64,000 nucleotides of DNA, from positions 1 to 64,000 of the forward strand of contig CAZVZU010000001.1 of the NCBI GenBank assembly GCA_964631685.1. The letters run 5' to 3'. A program made the position numbers and the translations under genes. Source of the stretch: an uncultured Actinomycetes bacterium. GTDB taxonomy: Bacteria > SZUA-79 > Acidulodesulfobacterales > Acidulodesulfobacteraceae. Within the stretch, counting starts at the first letter, position 1; each line of letters opens with the position of its first letter. Under the pieces are notes generated by a model, which made no database searches, had not been told where the DNA came from, and worked only from the letters and a program-made list of their open reading frames with translations. Of the stretch, positions 27,904 through 38,741 are shown one piece after another.

Positions 27904-29549
27904 TAAAAAGAAATCTCTATATTTTTTTTAAGGCAATTCCATTTATTTTATATATATTTTTTACACAGAAGAGGTTTGTAATATTAGGCAAACGAAGGTT
28001 CTTGAGTGAAAATTATCATTCAAGAACCGCGAAGTGGCTTACCAAAATTATTGCAGTTTTAGGTCCAACCTTTATAAAATTAGCACAAGTGATTTCCACA
28101 AGGGCTGATTTTTTGCCGACAGAATATATGAATGCGTTGTCTACGTTGCAGGATAAAGTTCCGCCCACCTCGTTTGACAAAATCAAACCTATAATAGAAA
28201 AAGATTTTGGGAAACCTATAAACGAGCTCTTTGATAAATTTATCGAAAAGCCGCTTGCATCTGCCTCAGTTGCTCAGGTTTACAGAGCTATGTATAACGG
28301 TAACGACGTTATAGTCAAGGTTATAAGACCATGCATAGAAAAGAATGTAGGGATAGACATTGTAACATTAAAAAGTGTACTGCATCTTTTAGAAATATTT
28401 TTTCCACAAAATAAATCAATTCAATCTATTCTTGTTGTTTTAAGGGAATTCCAGGTAACGATTTACGAAGAGATGGATTTGACTCATGAGGTTAAAAATA
28501 TTAAGGAGTTTAGAAAGATAGGAAAAAAATTTGACTACATAATTATTCCCAAAATATATCCGGAGATGAATTCAAAAAATATCCTTGTCATGGATTTTCA
28601 TGAAGGGGTAAAGATTACAAATTTCAAAAAAATGAAGGATATGGGACTAAAACCCGCAAAGATTATCAATAAACTCATAGAATTTTATATCTATCAATCT
28701 TTGGTCAAGGGAACGATGCATGCCGACCCGCATCCGGGCAACATTTTAGTTAATAAAGAAGCTAAAATAATAGTACTTGACTATGGGCTTGTTATACATA
28801 TTTCGGATGATACTAAAGAAAATCTCATCAAAGTGGTCATTGCGGGTATTAAAATGGATTTTGCCGGAATTGTAGATGCATACTATGCGCTCGGGATTAT
28901 AAATAAAGATGTTTCTCGTCAGCTTTTAGAAAAAATGGCAGAAAAATTGTATAAGGTTTTAACACAAAAAGATATTTCACATAAGAAATTACAGCAAATA
29001 ATGAATGAAATTATGAAGAGTTTTTACTCTTTCCCCTTTGAACTTCCGCAAAATTTAGTTTATATATTCAAAACTGCAGCTGTTCTTGAAGGTATAGGGA
29101 CTGCGTTGAATCCATCTTATAACATTATTAAGGATATAATCCCCGTCGCAAAAAGATATATGAAAGATACACCTCTGGGTAAAAAGATGACCCCTTTAAA
29201 TATTATTAAGGAGGGCTTTAATCAGATAAAAGAGTTCATATTGGATACAAAAAGGGTTATGCACGCTGTTTATACGGAGGATTTTAGGGTCAAGATTCAT
29301 CCGGACAATATTTCAGGGGTAGAGAATTTTTTGATACATATTGTAAAAAGGTTTATGATGGCGTTTATAGGAGGTTTTGTCGGGATAATAGTTGCTTTGA
29401 TATATGTAGAAAATAGGAATGCATATTTATTAACGGTGGGACTTTTTATATCCGCATTAATAATCTTTGTTTCTGTAAGTCTTCCAATCAAGACTACCCA
29501 CGGCTATTCCACGCTGCTCGATATGTTCAAACATCGCAGTGACAGTTGA
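27900..29549 (+). CDS. ABC1/AarF/UbiB-family atypical kinase
   Basis: LGPTFIKLAQ, ASASVAQV, VKV.RP, HADPHPGN, DYG. Confidence 0.93.
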   Translation: MIKRNLYIFFKAIPFILYIFFTQKRFVILGKRRFLSENYHSRTAKWLTKIIAVLGPTFIKLAQVISTRADFLPTEYMNALSTLQDKVPPTSFDKIKPIIEKDFGKPINELFDKFIEKPLASASVAQVYRAMYNGNDVIVKVIRPCIEKNVGIDIVTLKSVLHLLEIFFPQNKSIQSILVVLREFQVTIYEEMDLTHEVKNIKEFRKIGKKFDYIIIPKIYPEMNSKNILVMDFHEGVKITNFKKMKDMGLKPAKIINKLIEFYIYQSLVKGTMHADPHPGNILVNKEAKIIVLDYGLVIHISDDTKENLIKVVIAGIKMDFAGIVDAYYALGIINKDVSRQLLEKMAEKLYKVLTQKDISHKKLQQIMNEIMKSFYSFPFELPQNLVYIFKTAAVLEGIGTALNPSYNIIKDIIPVAKRYMKDTPLGKKMTPLNIIKEGFNQIKEFILDTKRVMHAVYTEDFRVKIHPDNISGVENFLIHIVKRFMMAFIGGFVGIIVALIYVENRNAYLLTVGLFISALIIFVSVSLPIKTTHGYSTLLDMFKHRSDS

Positions 29550-29618
29550 ATAATACGGCAAATATCATTATGATATAGGGGTAGGTTGTTAAAAAATCAA
29601 TTACGAGTTATATGATAC

Positions 29619-31103
29619 ATGAAAAATAAAAAAAATAAGGCAATAAAGAGTGTTATTCCGATAATACTTGCCGGAGGTCTTGGGACAAGGATGAAATCGG
29701 AAAATCCCAAGGCGCTTTCGTATTTATTAGAGAATTATTTAATATATTATCCTATTGAGGCGCTTTTAAGTGCGAAGAGATATTTTGATACCCTAAGAGG
29801 GGGCGAATGCCAAGTTTCCATTAATAAGATCGGCGTTGTTACCGGATACAAGGGTGAATTAATCAAGGATTATCTTTTAGGAGAAAAGAGATTTAGTGAG
29901 AATAAAATATCATTTGATTTTACGGTTCAAGAAGAGTACCTCGGAACTGGCGATGCCGCGTTAAAGGCATTAGATATGCTTAATTCTTACGATGATGATA
30001 CGGAACTGCTATTTCTTCCCTGCGACATGCCTCTTATCAAAGCAGAGACCTTCGAGGATTTAATAAAATTTCATTTAGCCAGTAAAAATAATTTAACCGT
30101 TCTTTCCTTTTCGGCAGATAATCCTTATTCATATGGAAGAATTTTAAGGGACGAGAAGGGATATGTCATAAAGATTGTAGAAGAAAACGAACTTATTAAT
30201 TATCAGGACTCGGTCAGAAATATTAATGAGGTTAACTCAGGCGTTTATGTTGTCAAATTGGGTTATATTAGAAAATTAATACGGCTAATTAAGCCTGATA
30301 ATATAAAAAAAGAGTATTATCTTACAGATATAGTGGAAATATTCTTCAAAAACAATTTAAGGGTTATACCATATAATTCCCCAAAAAAGGATGAATTTAT
30401 CGGGGTTAACTCCAGGACAGATTTACTTAATGCACAGAGCCTTATGCAAAAAAGGGTTATCAAGAGATTGCTTCTTAACGGGGTGAATTTCCTATCAACG
30501 GACAATTTATATATCGGTTATAATGCAGATATACGCGAAAATTCAACGATATACCCCGGTGTTTTTATTTCCGGTAATACTCTTATATGTAAAGGTGCGA
30601 CCATTGAGGTAGGTTCGGTTATAAAGAATTCGGTTATATTAGATAACTCGACAATAAAAAGTTACAGTGTTTTAGATGACGCATTTGTATATGAAGATGT
30701 TCAGATCGGACCGTTTGCAAGGATACGTCCTTCATCTGTTTTACATATGGGCGCAAAGGTTGGAAATTTTGTTGAGATCAAAAAATCAGTTATCGGCAAA
30801 AATACGAAGGCATCCCATCTCAGTTATATAGGTGATTCCATTGTAGGTGATAATGTTAATATTGGAGCAGGCGTTATAACATGTAACTATGACGGGGTGA
30901 AGAAGTTTAATACTATTATAGAAGATGGCTGTTTTATCGGTTCGGATTCTCAGTTGATAGCCCCAGTTAAAATAGGAAAGGATGCTTATATAGCTTCAGG
31001 AACTACCGTAACGAAGGATGTTCCCGAAGGAGCGTTGTCTATTTCGAGGGTGCCCCAGAAAGTCATAGATGGCTGGGCTTCAAAAAAGACTAAAAAAAGA
31101 TGA
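29619..31103 (+). CDS. glmU: Bifunctional UDP-GlcNAc pyrophosphorylase / acetyltransferase
   Basis: LAGGLGTRMKS, EYYLTD, GNFVEIKK, HLSYIGD, CNYDG. Confidence 0.97.
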   Translation: MKNKKNKAIKSVIPIILAGGLGTRMKSENPKALSYLLENYLIYYPIEALLSAKRYFDTLRGGECQVSINKIGVVTGYKGELIKDYLLGEKRFSENKISFDFTVQEEYLGTGDAALKALDMLNSYDDDTELLFLPCDMPLIKAETFEDLIKFHLASKNNLTVLSFSADNPYSYGRILRDEKGYVIKIVEENELINYQDSVRNINEVNSGVYVVKLGYIRKLIRLIKPDNIKKEYYLTDIVEIFFKNNLRVIPYNSPKKDEFIGVNSRTDLLNAQSLMQKRVIKRLLLNGVNFLSTDNLYIGYNADIRENSTIYPGVFISGNTLICKGATIEVGSVIKNSVILDNSTIKSYSVLDDAFVYEDVQIGPFARIRPSSVLHMGAKVGNFVEIKKSVIGKNTKASHLSYIGDSIVGDNVNIGAGVITCNYDGVKKFNTIIEDGCFIGSDSQLIAPVKIGKDAYIASGTTVTKDVPEGALSISRVPQKVIDGWASKKTKKR

Positions 31104-31143
31104 AACGGCTATAAATAACGTAAGAGAGAGGGTGTAATATACG

Positions 31144-33021
31144 ATGTGTGGCATAATGGGCTTTTCGGGCAATATAAAGGAAAAATATTCCGTAGATGTG
31201 GTGCTAAATGGGCTAAAAAGTTTGGAATATAGAGGATATGACTCTTCCGGCATAGCCTATTACGATAACAATAAAAAATCCATTAAATATATCAAGAAAT
31301 CGGGAAAACTAGTAAATCTTTTAAATGCACGCAGTCGCATTGCCCATTTAGATTCAACTATCGCAGTAGGGCATATAAGATGGGCTACTCATGGAAAACC
31401 GACTAGTGAAAATGCGCATCCCCATTTTGATTGCGCGGGTAATGTTGCAATAGTCCACAATGGCATAATTGAGAATTATTTGTCTTTGAGGCGTAGGCTT
31501 ATAAAAAAGGGACACATATTCGTCACAGATACGGATTCAGAGGTTATAGCCCATTTAATAGAACACTATATCAACGAGGGTAATTCTTTTAATGAGGCCG
31601 TAAGGCTGTCGTCTCTTGAACTTTCTGGTACATTCGCAATATTGGCGCTGAATGCAAATGAGCAGCGTATTGCTGCTGTCAAGTTTGGTCCGCCGCTTGT
31701 TTTAGCACAAAAGGACGGTAATGTTTATGTTGCCAGTGATATTTCTCCGCTAATAAAATATACAAACGATGTCACATACCTCAAAAACTCCCAGATAGCA
31801 TATTTTGGTAACGGTAACTTAGACATAATTACATTTGAGGGGAAGAAGGTTGACAAAACGGTTACAAAAATTGATTGGGATGCATCAAGGGCAGCAAAGT
31901 CCGGTTTTTCTCATTTTATGCAAAAGGAAATATATGAACAGCCTACTTGCCTTTTAGATGCTTTTTCCTCAAGGATAGCGTATAATGAAGGATCAAAGAA
32001 TAAAAAAAGCATTAAGATTTCATTAGAGGGGTTGAAGCTTGTAAAGAATGATGCGATAAATGCATCGAAGATTGTCTTTATTGCCTGCGGGTCGTCTTAT
32101 TATGCCAGTCTCGCTATCAAGTACATAATTGAGACTATCTGCGGCCTTCCGGTTATTGTTGAATATGGTTCCGAGTTTAGATACGAAAATTTTCCTATTT
32201 CTAAAAATGATATTTTTGTCGGCATATCTCAGTCCGGTGAAACGGCGGATACGAATAGTGCGTTAGAAGTTGCTCGTTCTAAACGAGCTAAAGTATTGTC
32301 TATTACAAATGTACCGGGTTCACAAATTACCGGTTTGTCTAACAAAGGTGTAATTTATACGCATGCTGGACCAGAAATAGGCGTTGCCTCGACGAAGGCA
32401 TTTACAACACAGCTTCTTTGCGGGTTGCTCCTTGCACTCTACATTAGAGAGCAATCGGGTTTTATGCCCACGCATCAATGGTTTAATTCAGAAAATATTT
32501 TTAGAAATTTAGTGGAACTTCCGGAAAAAATGGAAAATATTCTGTCTATTGACAAAATCATAAAGGATATTGCAAGGAAATATTATAAAAGCAATAATTT
32601 TTTATATTTGGGCAGAGGTATATTGTATCCTATTGCCCTTGAAGGGGCATTAAAATTAAAGGAAATATCGTATATACATGCCGAGGGTTACTCTGCGGGG
32701 GAAATGAAACATGGGCCTATCGCGTTGGTGGACGAAAATATGCCTGTTTTATTCCTTTTATCCAATAACAAGCTCGCATTGAAAACGATATCGAACATTG
32801 AAGAGGTTAAGGCAAGGGGCGGTAAGGTTATTGTAGTTTCAGATTATAAACCAGAGATAGATGGTTTATCTGACATAATAAGGATACCGCAAACACTTGA
32901 GGTTTTAAGCCCTATACTGTATACTATTCCGCTTCAGTTATTCGCTTATCATGTAGCCGCTCTCAAGGGAACTGACATTGATCAGCCGAGAAATTTAGCC
33001 AAAAGCGTGACGGTAGAATAA
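31144..33021 (+). CDS. glmS: Glutamine-fructose-6-phosphate aminotransferase
   Basis: MCGI, RWATHG, SQSGETADT, PRNLAKSVTVE. Confidence 0.98.
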   Translation: MCGIMGFSGNIKEKYSVDVVLNGLKSLEYRGYDSSGIAYYDNNKKSIKYIKKSGKLVNLLNARSRIAHLDSTIAVGHIRWATHGKPTSENAHPHFDCAGNVAIVHNGIIENYLSLRRRLIKKGHIFVTDTDSEVIAHLIEHYINEGNSFNEAVRLSSLELSGTFAILALNANEQRIAAVKFGPPLVLAQKDGNVYVASDISPLIKYTNDVTYLKNSQIAYFGNGNLDIITFEGKKVDKTVTKIDWDASRAAKSGFSHFMQKEIYEQPTCLLDAFSSRIAYNEGSKNKKSIKISLEGLKLVKNDAINASKIVFIACGSSYYASLAIKYIIETICGLPVIVEYGSEFRYENFPISKNDIFVGISQSGETADTNSALEVARSKRAKVLSITNVPGSQITGLSNKGVIYTHAGPEIGVASTKAFTTQLLCGLLLALYIREQSGFMPTHQWFNSENIFRNLVELPEKMENILSIDKIIKDIARKYYKSNNFLYLGRGILYPIALEGALKLKEISYIHAEGYSAGEMKHGPIALVDENMPVLFLLSNNKLALKTISNIEEVKARGGKVIVVSDYKPEIDGLSDIIRIPQTLEVLSPILYTIPLQLFAYHVAALKGTDIDQPRNLAKSVTVE

Positions 33022-33025
33022 GGAA

Positions 33026-35179
33026 ATGAAAAATAAATCAGAACAGAGTTCATATTTAGATGGATTAAACGAAGAGCAGCTTAAGGCTGTGCTTCACTCG
33101 GACGGACCTCTTCTAATTCTTGCCGGTGCCGGTTCCGGAAAAACGAGGGTTATAACCCTGCGAGCGCTTCACTTGCTTAAAACGGGCAAGGCTAAGCCAT
33201 ATAATATTCTTGGTGTTACCTTTACCAATAAGGCAGCTAGTGAGATGAAGGAGAGAATTGCAAGGGTTTTAAAGAAAGATTCCGGTCGTGCAAATTTCAA
33301 TGATCTTCCTGAATTTTCTACTTTCCATTCATTTTGTCTTAAATTACTAAGAAGGCATGCGGATTTAATCGGTTATAATAGGTCTTTTGTCATATTTGAT
33401 GAACTGGACAGCAAAAAAATACTCTCAAAGATAGTTAAATCACTTAATGTTAACGAAAAAATATTTACATCTTCTAAGATAAAGTATTTCATAGAAAGAA
33501 ATAAAAATACCCATACAAGTTGTGAGGAAGCGCACCGGCTGGTAAAACCGTGGGAAAAAAACTATGCGATTATTTATGAAGAGTATTCCAAGAAGCTCAA
33601 GGAAAATAATGCAATGGATTTTGGAGATTTAATCTTCAATGCAGTGGAATTATTCGAAAAAAACCCGGGGGTTTTGGAACATTATTCAAAGGTTTACAAA
33701 TACATCATGGTAGATGAATTTCAGGATATAAATTTTATCCAAGATAAATTTGTCAAGCTTTTATCTAAGGAATATAAAAACATATGCGTTGTAGGCGACG
33801 ATGATCAGTCTATATACAGTTTTAGAGGGGCAAATATTGACAATATATTAGGATTTGAGAAGTCATTTCCCGGGTGTAGTGTTATAAAATTGGAAAGAAA
33901 TTATCGCTCAACAAAGAACATTCTAAATGCCGCTTCAAGTGTAGTAAGCTCTAATAAGCATCGGGCGGAAAAGATACTTAAAACGGATAAATCGGGTGGT
34001 AAACCTATAACCGTATATAAGGCAAATACTGATTTGTCCGAAGCCTATTTTGTTGCGCGTGAAATAAGGAGGCTTATAAGGGAGGATGGTTATTCTAATA
34101 TGGATATTGCCATTTTGTATAGGGCAAATTCTCAGTCGAGAATTATGGAAGATAGGTTGATAAAAGAAAGTATTAAATATCATATTTACGGTGGTCTAAA
34201 ATTTTATCAGAGAAAAGAGATAAAGGATATTCTTTCATTTTTGAGATTTGCAGTAAATCCCAAAGATTTAGTAAGTTTTGAAAGAAGTGTTCAGTGTGTG
34301 CCTATAGGTATTGGCGAAAAAACTATAAAAAATATTGAGGATATAGCCGAAAAAAACGATACGGATATTCTGTCGGCTTTTCAGCAGGGTCTTTTATTGG
34401 GAATTAAGGGTTTAAAGAAGCTACAGTCTAATAAAATTGCTTTAGATTTCGGCGGCGGAAAAGATGCTAAAGATTCAAGTACAATAAAAATTGATAAAAA
34501 CGGGATCAATAGAAATCTGCCGCGTCCTGATTCGGTTAACTATTTCAAATTGATTATGGAATTAAAACAATTGATTGAAAGCAAGAGTGACGCGAATATT
34601 CAGGAAAAAAAGGATGAAAACGGGAACAAGCTGGATACTGTCCTTAATTTGGCTTATAGTGCTTCGGGTTATGAATCCTTGCTTAAAGGTGAGATTGGTG
34701 GCAAAAAAAGTGATTTTATCAATGAAATAGATCAGAATAGGATAGAAAATATAGAAGAATTAATGAATGCATCCTTGGAATTTGGAGAATTTGAAAATAT
34801 TACGGACTTTTTAGACCAAAGCCAAATTGATGAAAACAAAGGTAATACGGGAGCAGACAGTGATATATCCAAGGTCTCTCTTATGACACTTCATAGTGCA
34901 AAAGGGCTTGAATTTCCGGTTGTTTTTTTAGTTGGATTGGAAGAACAGCTTTTTCCTCATATAAGGTCTTTAAGCGACGAATTGTCGTTAGAAGAGGAGA
35001 GAAGGCTTTGTTATGTTGGTATAACGAGAGCAAAGGAAAAACTTTACATGACATGGTCTAAAAAAAGGAGGATGGCGAGAGAGTATAAGTATAATTTGCC
35101 GTCTAGATTTTTAAAGGAGATACCTGAAAACCTGATAGAGGAAATAATAGATGATTATGAATACTATCAGGTCTATTAA
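33026..35179 (+). CDS. pcrA: UvrD/PcrA-family DNA helicase
   Basis: AGAGSGKT, DEFQD, GDDDQSIYSFRGA, HSAKGLEF, EERRLCYVGITRA. Confidence 0.92.
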   Translation: MKNKSEQSSYLDGLNEEQLKAVLHSDGPLLILAGAGSGKTRVITLRALHLLKTGKAKPYNILGVTFTNKAASEMKERIARVLKKDSGRANFNDLPEFSTFHSFCLKLLRRHADLIGYNRSFVIFDELDSKKILSKIVKSLNVNEKIFTSSKIKYFIERNKNTHTSCEEAHRLVKPWEKNYAIIYEEYSKKLKENNAMDFGDLIFNAVELFEKNPGVLEHYSKVYKYIMVDEFQDINFIQDKFVKLLSKEYKNICVVGDDDQSIYSFRGANIDNILGFEKSFPGCSVIKLERNYRSTKNILNAASSVVSSNKHRAEKILKTDKSGGKPITVYKANTDLSEAYFVAREIRRLIREDGYSNMDIAILYRANSQSRIMEDRLIKESIKYHIYGGLKFYQRKEIKDILSFLRFAVNPKDLVSFERSVQCVPIGIGEKTIKNIEDIAEKNDTDILSAFQQGLLLGIKGLKKLQSNKIALDFGGGKDAKDSSTIKIDKNGINRNLPRPDSVNYFKLIMELKQLIESKSDANIQEKKDENGNKLDTVLNLAYSASGYESLLKGEIGGKKSDFINEIDQNRIENIEELMNASLEFGEFENITDFLDQSQIDENKGNTGADSDISKVSLMTLHSAKGLEFPVVFLVGLEEQLFPHIRSLSDELSLEEERRLCYVGITRAKEKLYMTWSKKRRMAREYKYNLPSRFLKEIPENLIEEIIDDYEYYQVY

Positions 35180-35238
35180 GTTTACAGGGTTTATTGACAT
35201 TATAATTATAAAATAATCACATAGGGGGCAGATTTATT

Positions 35239-35598
35239 ATGGATGATAAGAAAAATATTATCGACATAGATCATGTTATGAAGCTTGCAAAGTTGGATTT
35301 AAGCAAGGATGATTCAGAACATTTTTCAAAAGAGTTAAATAAGATATTAAATTACATTGATATGCTTAAAGGGGCGGATGTTTCCGGTATAGAAGATATT
35401 TCAGACGAACTGGATTATGATAGCCTGGTTGGTGAAACTACATTAACATCTGAATTTTATCAAGACTGCAGATTAGATGAATGTGCTTCGGACGACAGTT
35501 TTAGTGTTAATATAGTAAAAAGTAATGCTCCGAATTTTGAAGCGGATACGGCTGGTTCTGAACATGGTTTCTTTGTAGTACCCCAGGTTATAGAGTAA
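35239..35598 (+). CDS. gatC: Asp/Glu-tRNA amidotransferase subunit C
   Basis: HVMKLAKL, ILNYIDML, NAP...GFFVVPQVIE; precedes gatA. Confidence 0.9.
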   Translation: MDDKKNIIDIDHVMKLAKLDLSKDDSEHFSKELNKILNYIDMLKGADVSGIEDISDELDYDSLVGETTLTSEFYQDCRLDECASDDSFSVNIVKSNAPNFEADTAGSEHGFFVVPQVIE

Positions 35599-35658
35599 GT
35601 GACATCATTAACTCAATTTAATTTATAAATTTTCATAAAACAGAGAGGAATTTAATAA

Positions 35659-37161
35659 ATGGATTTATGCAGGTTAACGATTCATGAGCTCAACGATCTT
35701 TTGAAGCGTCGCGAGGTGAAGAGTGTTGATATTATAAATGCTTATATAGACAGGATTAAAGAGGTAGACCCTGTTGTATCCGCCTATCTCTACAACGATT
35801 TTGACGAGGCTTTGGCTAATGCGGAAAAAGCCGATATAATTATTCAAAACTCTGCTAACTTTCCTTGTCTTACGGGTATCCCGCTATCAATAAAAGATAT
35901 TTTTCTTATAAAAGGTAAAAAAACCACTTGTGCGTCAAAAATACTCGATAATTTCTTAAGCCCATATGATTCGACTGTTATAAAGAGGTTAAAGGAAAAT
36001 AATTATGTATTCACAGGAAAAACTAATATGGATGAATTTGCAATGGGTTCTTCTACCGAAAACTCAGCATATAAGATAACAAAAAATCCATACGATTTGG
36101 ATAGGGTGCCCGGCGGTTCAAGTGGTGGCTCTGCTGCAAGTGTAAGTGCCGATCTGTGTGCGGGATCTTTCGGGACGGATACAGGTGGTTCTGTTAGGCA
36201 ACCTGCAAGTCTTTGCGGCGTAGTTGGTCTAAAACCGACATATGGGTTGATATCTAGATATGGTATTATTGCATTTAGTTCATCACTTGATCAAGCCGGT
36301 GTTATCACCAAAGATGTTCTTGATGCGGCAATCATGCTTAGAGCCGTTGCGGGGTTCGATGAAAACGATCAAACAACGAGAAGATTTAAAATCAAGAATT
36401 ATCCTGAAATAGTAAAAAAAGCGGATAAATCTATCATGAAAGGCTTAAAAGTAGGTTTACCTGCTGAATTTTTCTCCGAAGGACTTGACCCCAATATTAA
36501 TTCAAAAATTATTGAGATAAGGGATTTATTAAAGGATCTTGGCGCGAGCGTTGTTGATATATCGTTGCCTGATACAAAATATTCCGTAGCGGCATATTAT
36601 GTTATAGCTACGAGCGAGGCTAGCTCTAATCTTGAGAGGTATGACGGCATACGATTCGGTTATAGATATGGCGCAGACAAAGAACATCGGGGATTAGATG
36701 AACTGTATAGGGAATCAAGGGAGCGTGGATTTGGAAAAGAGGTTAAAAGACGGATAATATTGGGGACTTTTGCATTGTCTGCAGGTTATTATGATGCCTA
36801 TTATAAAAAGGCATCATCGGCTCGAAAGTTAATAATAAAGAACTACAAGGATGCTTTTGGGGGTGTAGATATTATACTTGGGCCTACATCGCCGACGCCA
36901 GCGTTTTTAATTGGGGAAAAAACAGATGATCCGCTTAGCATGTACTTATCGGATATATATACTATCTCTGTAAATCTTGCCTATTTACCCGCAGTAAGCT
37001 TGCCGATTGGCGTAATGAATAACCCGACGAAGAAGGATGATGTGCTTCCGATAGGTTTACAGCTTATTTCGCCATGGACTTCTGAAGACAAACTTTTATC
37101 TGTGGCAAGGGTAATAGAGAGCGAGGTCAAATTTCGTCAAAAATATGGCGCTAAAATTTAA
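35659..37161 (+). CDS. gatA: Asp/Glu-tRNA amidotransferase subunit A
   Basis: GKTNMDEFAMGSS, PGGSSGGS, DTGGSVRQPA. Confidence 0.98.
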   Translation: MDLCRLTIHELNDLLKRREVKSVDIINAYIDRIKEVDPVVSAYLYNDFDEALANAEKADIIIQNSANFPCLTGIPLSIKDIFLIKGKKTTCASKILDNFLSPYDSTVIKRLKENNYVFTGKTNMDEFAMGSSTENSAYKITKNPYDLDRVPGGSSGGSAASVSADLCAGSFGTDTGGSVRQPASLCGVVGLKPTYGLISRYGIIAFSSSLDQAGVITKDVLDAAIMLRAVAGFDENDQTTRRFKIKNYPEIVKKADKSIMKGLKVGLPAEFFSEGLDPNINSKIIEIRDLLKDLGASVVDISLPDTKYSVAAYYVIATSEASSNLERYDGIRFGYRYGADKEHRGLDELYRESRERGFGKEVKRRIILGTFALSAGYYDAYYKKASSARKLIIKNYKDAFGGVDIILGPTSPTPAFLIGEKTDDPLSMYLSDIYTISVNLAYLPAVSLPIGVMNNPTKKDDVLPIGLQLISPWTSEDKLLSVARVIESEVKFRQKYGAKI

Positions 37162-37193
37162 ATAAAAGAAGAGTACGAGAGGGATTTTAAAAT

Positions 37194-38720
37194 ATGCATA
37201 ATGATAGCGAAATTAAAAATCAGCGGTTCACAGGGCAGGCAACGGCAGATTCGTTTGAAGCGGTAATTGGACTTGAGGTGCATTCGCAACTTCTAACGAA
37301 TACTAAGATGTTTTGTTCTTGTCAAAATATTTTTGGGAAAAAACCTAATTCTGTGGTGTGCCCTGTTTGTCTGGGGCTCCCCGGCGCTCTTCCCGTTATA
37401 AATTTTGAATGCGTGAGGCTTGCGGTTAAGGCTGCAATGGCTTTAAATATTGGTATAAACAAAAAGAGTTTTTTTGCAAGAAAAAACTATTTTTATCCTG
37501 ATTTACCTAAGGGTTATCAAATATCGCAATATTTAGACCCTATATCGTCGAAAGGCTACTTAATGGTAGAATCTGATGGGGCAACAAAAAAAATTAGAAT
37601 AAACAGACTCCATATTGAAGAGGATGCCGGCAAGTTAATTCACATCGGTAGTGAATCTTATGTTGATTTGAATAGGTCGGGAACCCCGCTTGTTGAAATC
37701 GTTTCCGAACCGGATATATCTTCAGCAAAAGAAGCTACCACTTATTTAAAAGAGTTGAGAGAGATACTTGTCTATCTCGATATATCAGACGGGAACATGG
37801 AAGAGGGGAGCTTTAGGTGTGATGCTAATATCTCTGTGAAGAGAAAGGGTGACACAAAATTGGGTACGAGAGCAGAGATTAAGAATATTAATTCATTCAA
37901 ATTCGTAGAACATGCAATCAATTATGAGATAGACAGGCAGATTAATGTTATTTTAAGCGGAAAAAATGTAATCCAAGAAACAAGGCTGTATGACTCAAAA
38001 GAAAATGTAACAAGGTCTATGAGGGGCAAAGAAGAAGCGCATGATTACAGATATTTTGAAGAGCCCGATTTACCCCCGTTGATTTTGAACGATAAATTTC
38101 TTAAAGAGGTTGAGGGTTCAATTGTTGAACTGCCAAGGGTGAAGAGAAAAAGATATATGTCTGAATATTATTTAACCCCTTATGATTGCGAGGTTTTGAC
38201 GCAAGATAGGAAAATTGCTTATTATTTTGAAGAATTAATAGGTATCAATGTGGAACCTATTAATATTACAGGTAATAGCAACGAGAATAAGCTTGAAATT
38301 AAAAAAATAGCAAACTGGGTTACGAACGATTTATTATTTGCACTAAAAGAAAAGGAATATGGACTGCCTAATGCACAAGCTTTTTTGTCCCTTGTACTTG
38401 CTGTTGAAAACGGTAATATCAATAGAAATACCGGAAAACTTGTTTTAAATGAGATGCTTTCTACCGGTAAAAATCCAAACGATATCATTGCGGAAAAGAA
38501 TTTATCTCAAATGTCGGATGAAAAGGGATTAGGCGATATAATAAGAAAGATATTCGATGAAAATCCTAAGGAATTGATAAATTTAATTGGCGGCAAGGAT
38601 AAACTTTTTGGTTTTTTTGTCGGCAAGGTAATGAAAACGACAAATGGTAAGGCAAACCCAAAGAAGGTTAACGATATGTTGAAAAGTCATATAGAAGTGG
38701 AAAGAAATAAGAATATTTAA
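37194..38720 (+). CDS. gatB: Asp/Glu-tRNA amidotransferase subunit B
   Basis: IGLEVH, RKNYFYPDLPKGYQISQ, EEDAGK, DYRYF. Confidence 0.98.
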   Translation: MHNDSEIKNQRFTGQATADSFEAVIGLEVHSQLLTNTKMFCSCQNIFGKKPNSVVCPVCLGLPGALPVINFECVRLAVKAAMALNIGINKKSFFARKNYFYPDLPKGYQISQYLDPISSKGYLMVESDGATKKIRINRLHIEEDAGKLIHIGSESYVDLNRSGTPLVEIVSEPDISSAKEATTYLKELREILVYLDISDGNMEEGSFRCDANISVKRKGDTKLGTRAEIKNINSFKFVEHAINYEIDRQINVILSGKNVIQETRLYDSKENVTRSMRGKEEAHDYRYFEEPDLPPLILNDKFLKEVEGSIVELPRVKRKRYMSEYYLTPYDCEVLTQDRKIAYYFEELIGINVEPINITGNSNENKLEIKKIANWVTNDLLFALKEKEYGLPNAQAFLSLVLAVENGNINRNTGKLVLNEMLSTGKNPNDIIAEKNLSQMSDEKGLGDIIRKIFDENPKELINLIGGKDKLFGFFVGKVMKTTNGKANPKKVNDMLKSHIEVERNKNI

Positions 38721-38741
38721 GAATAGAGGGGGAGTAAATAC

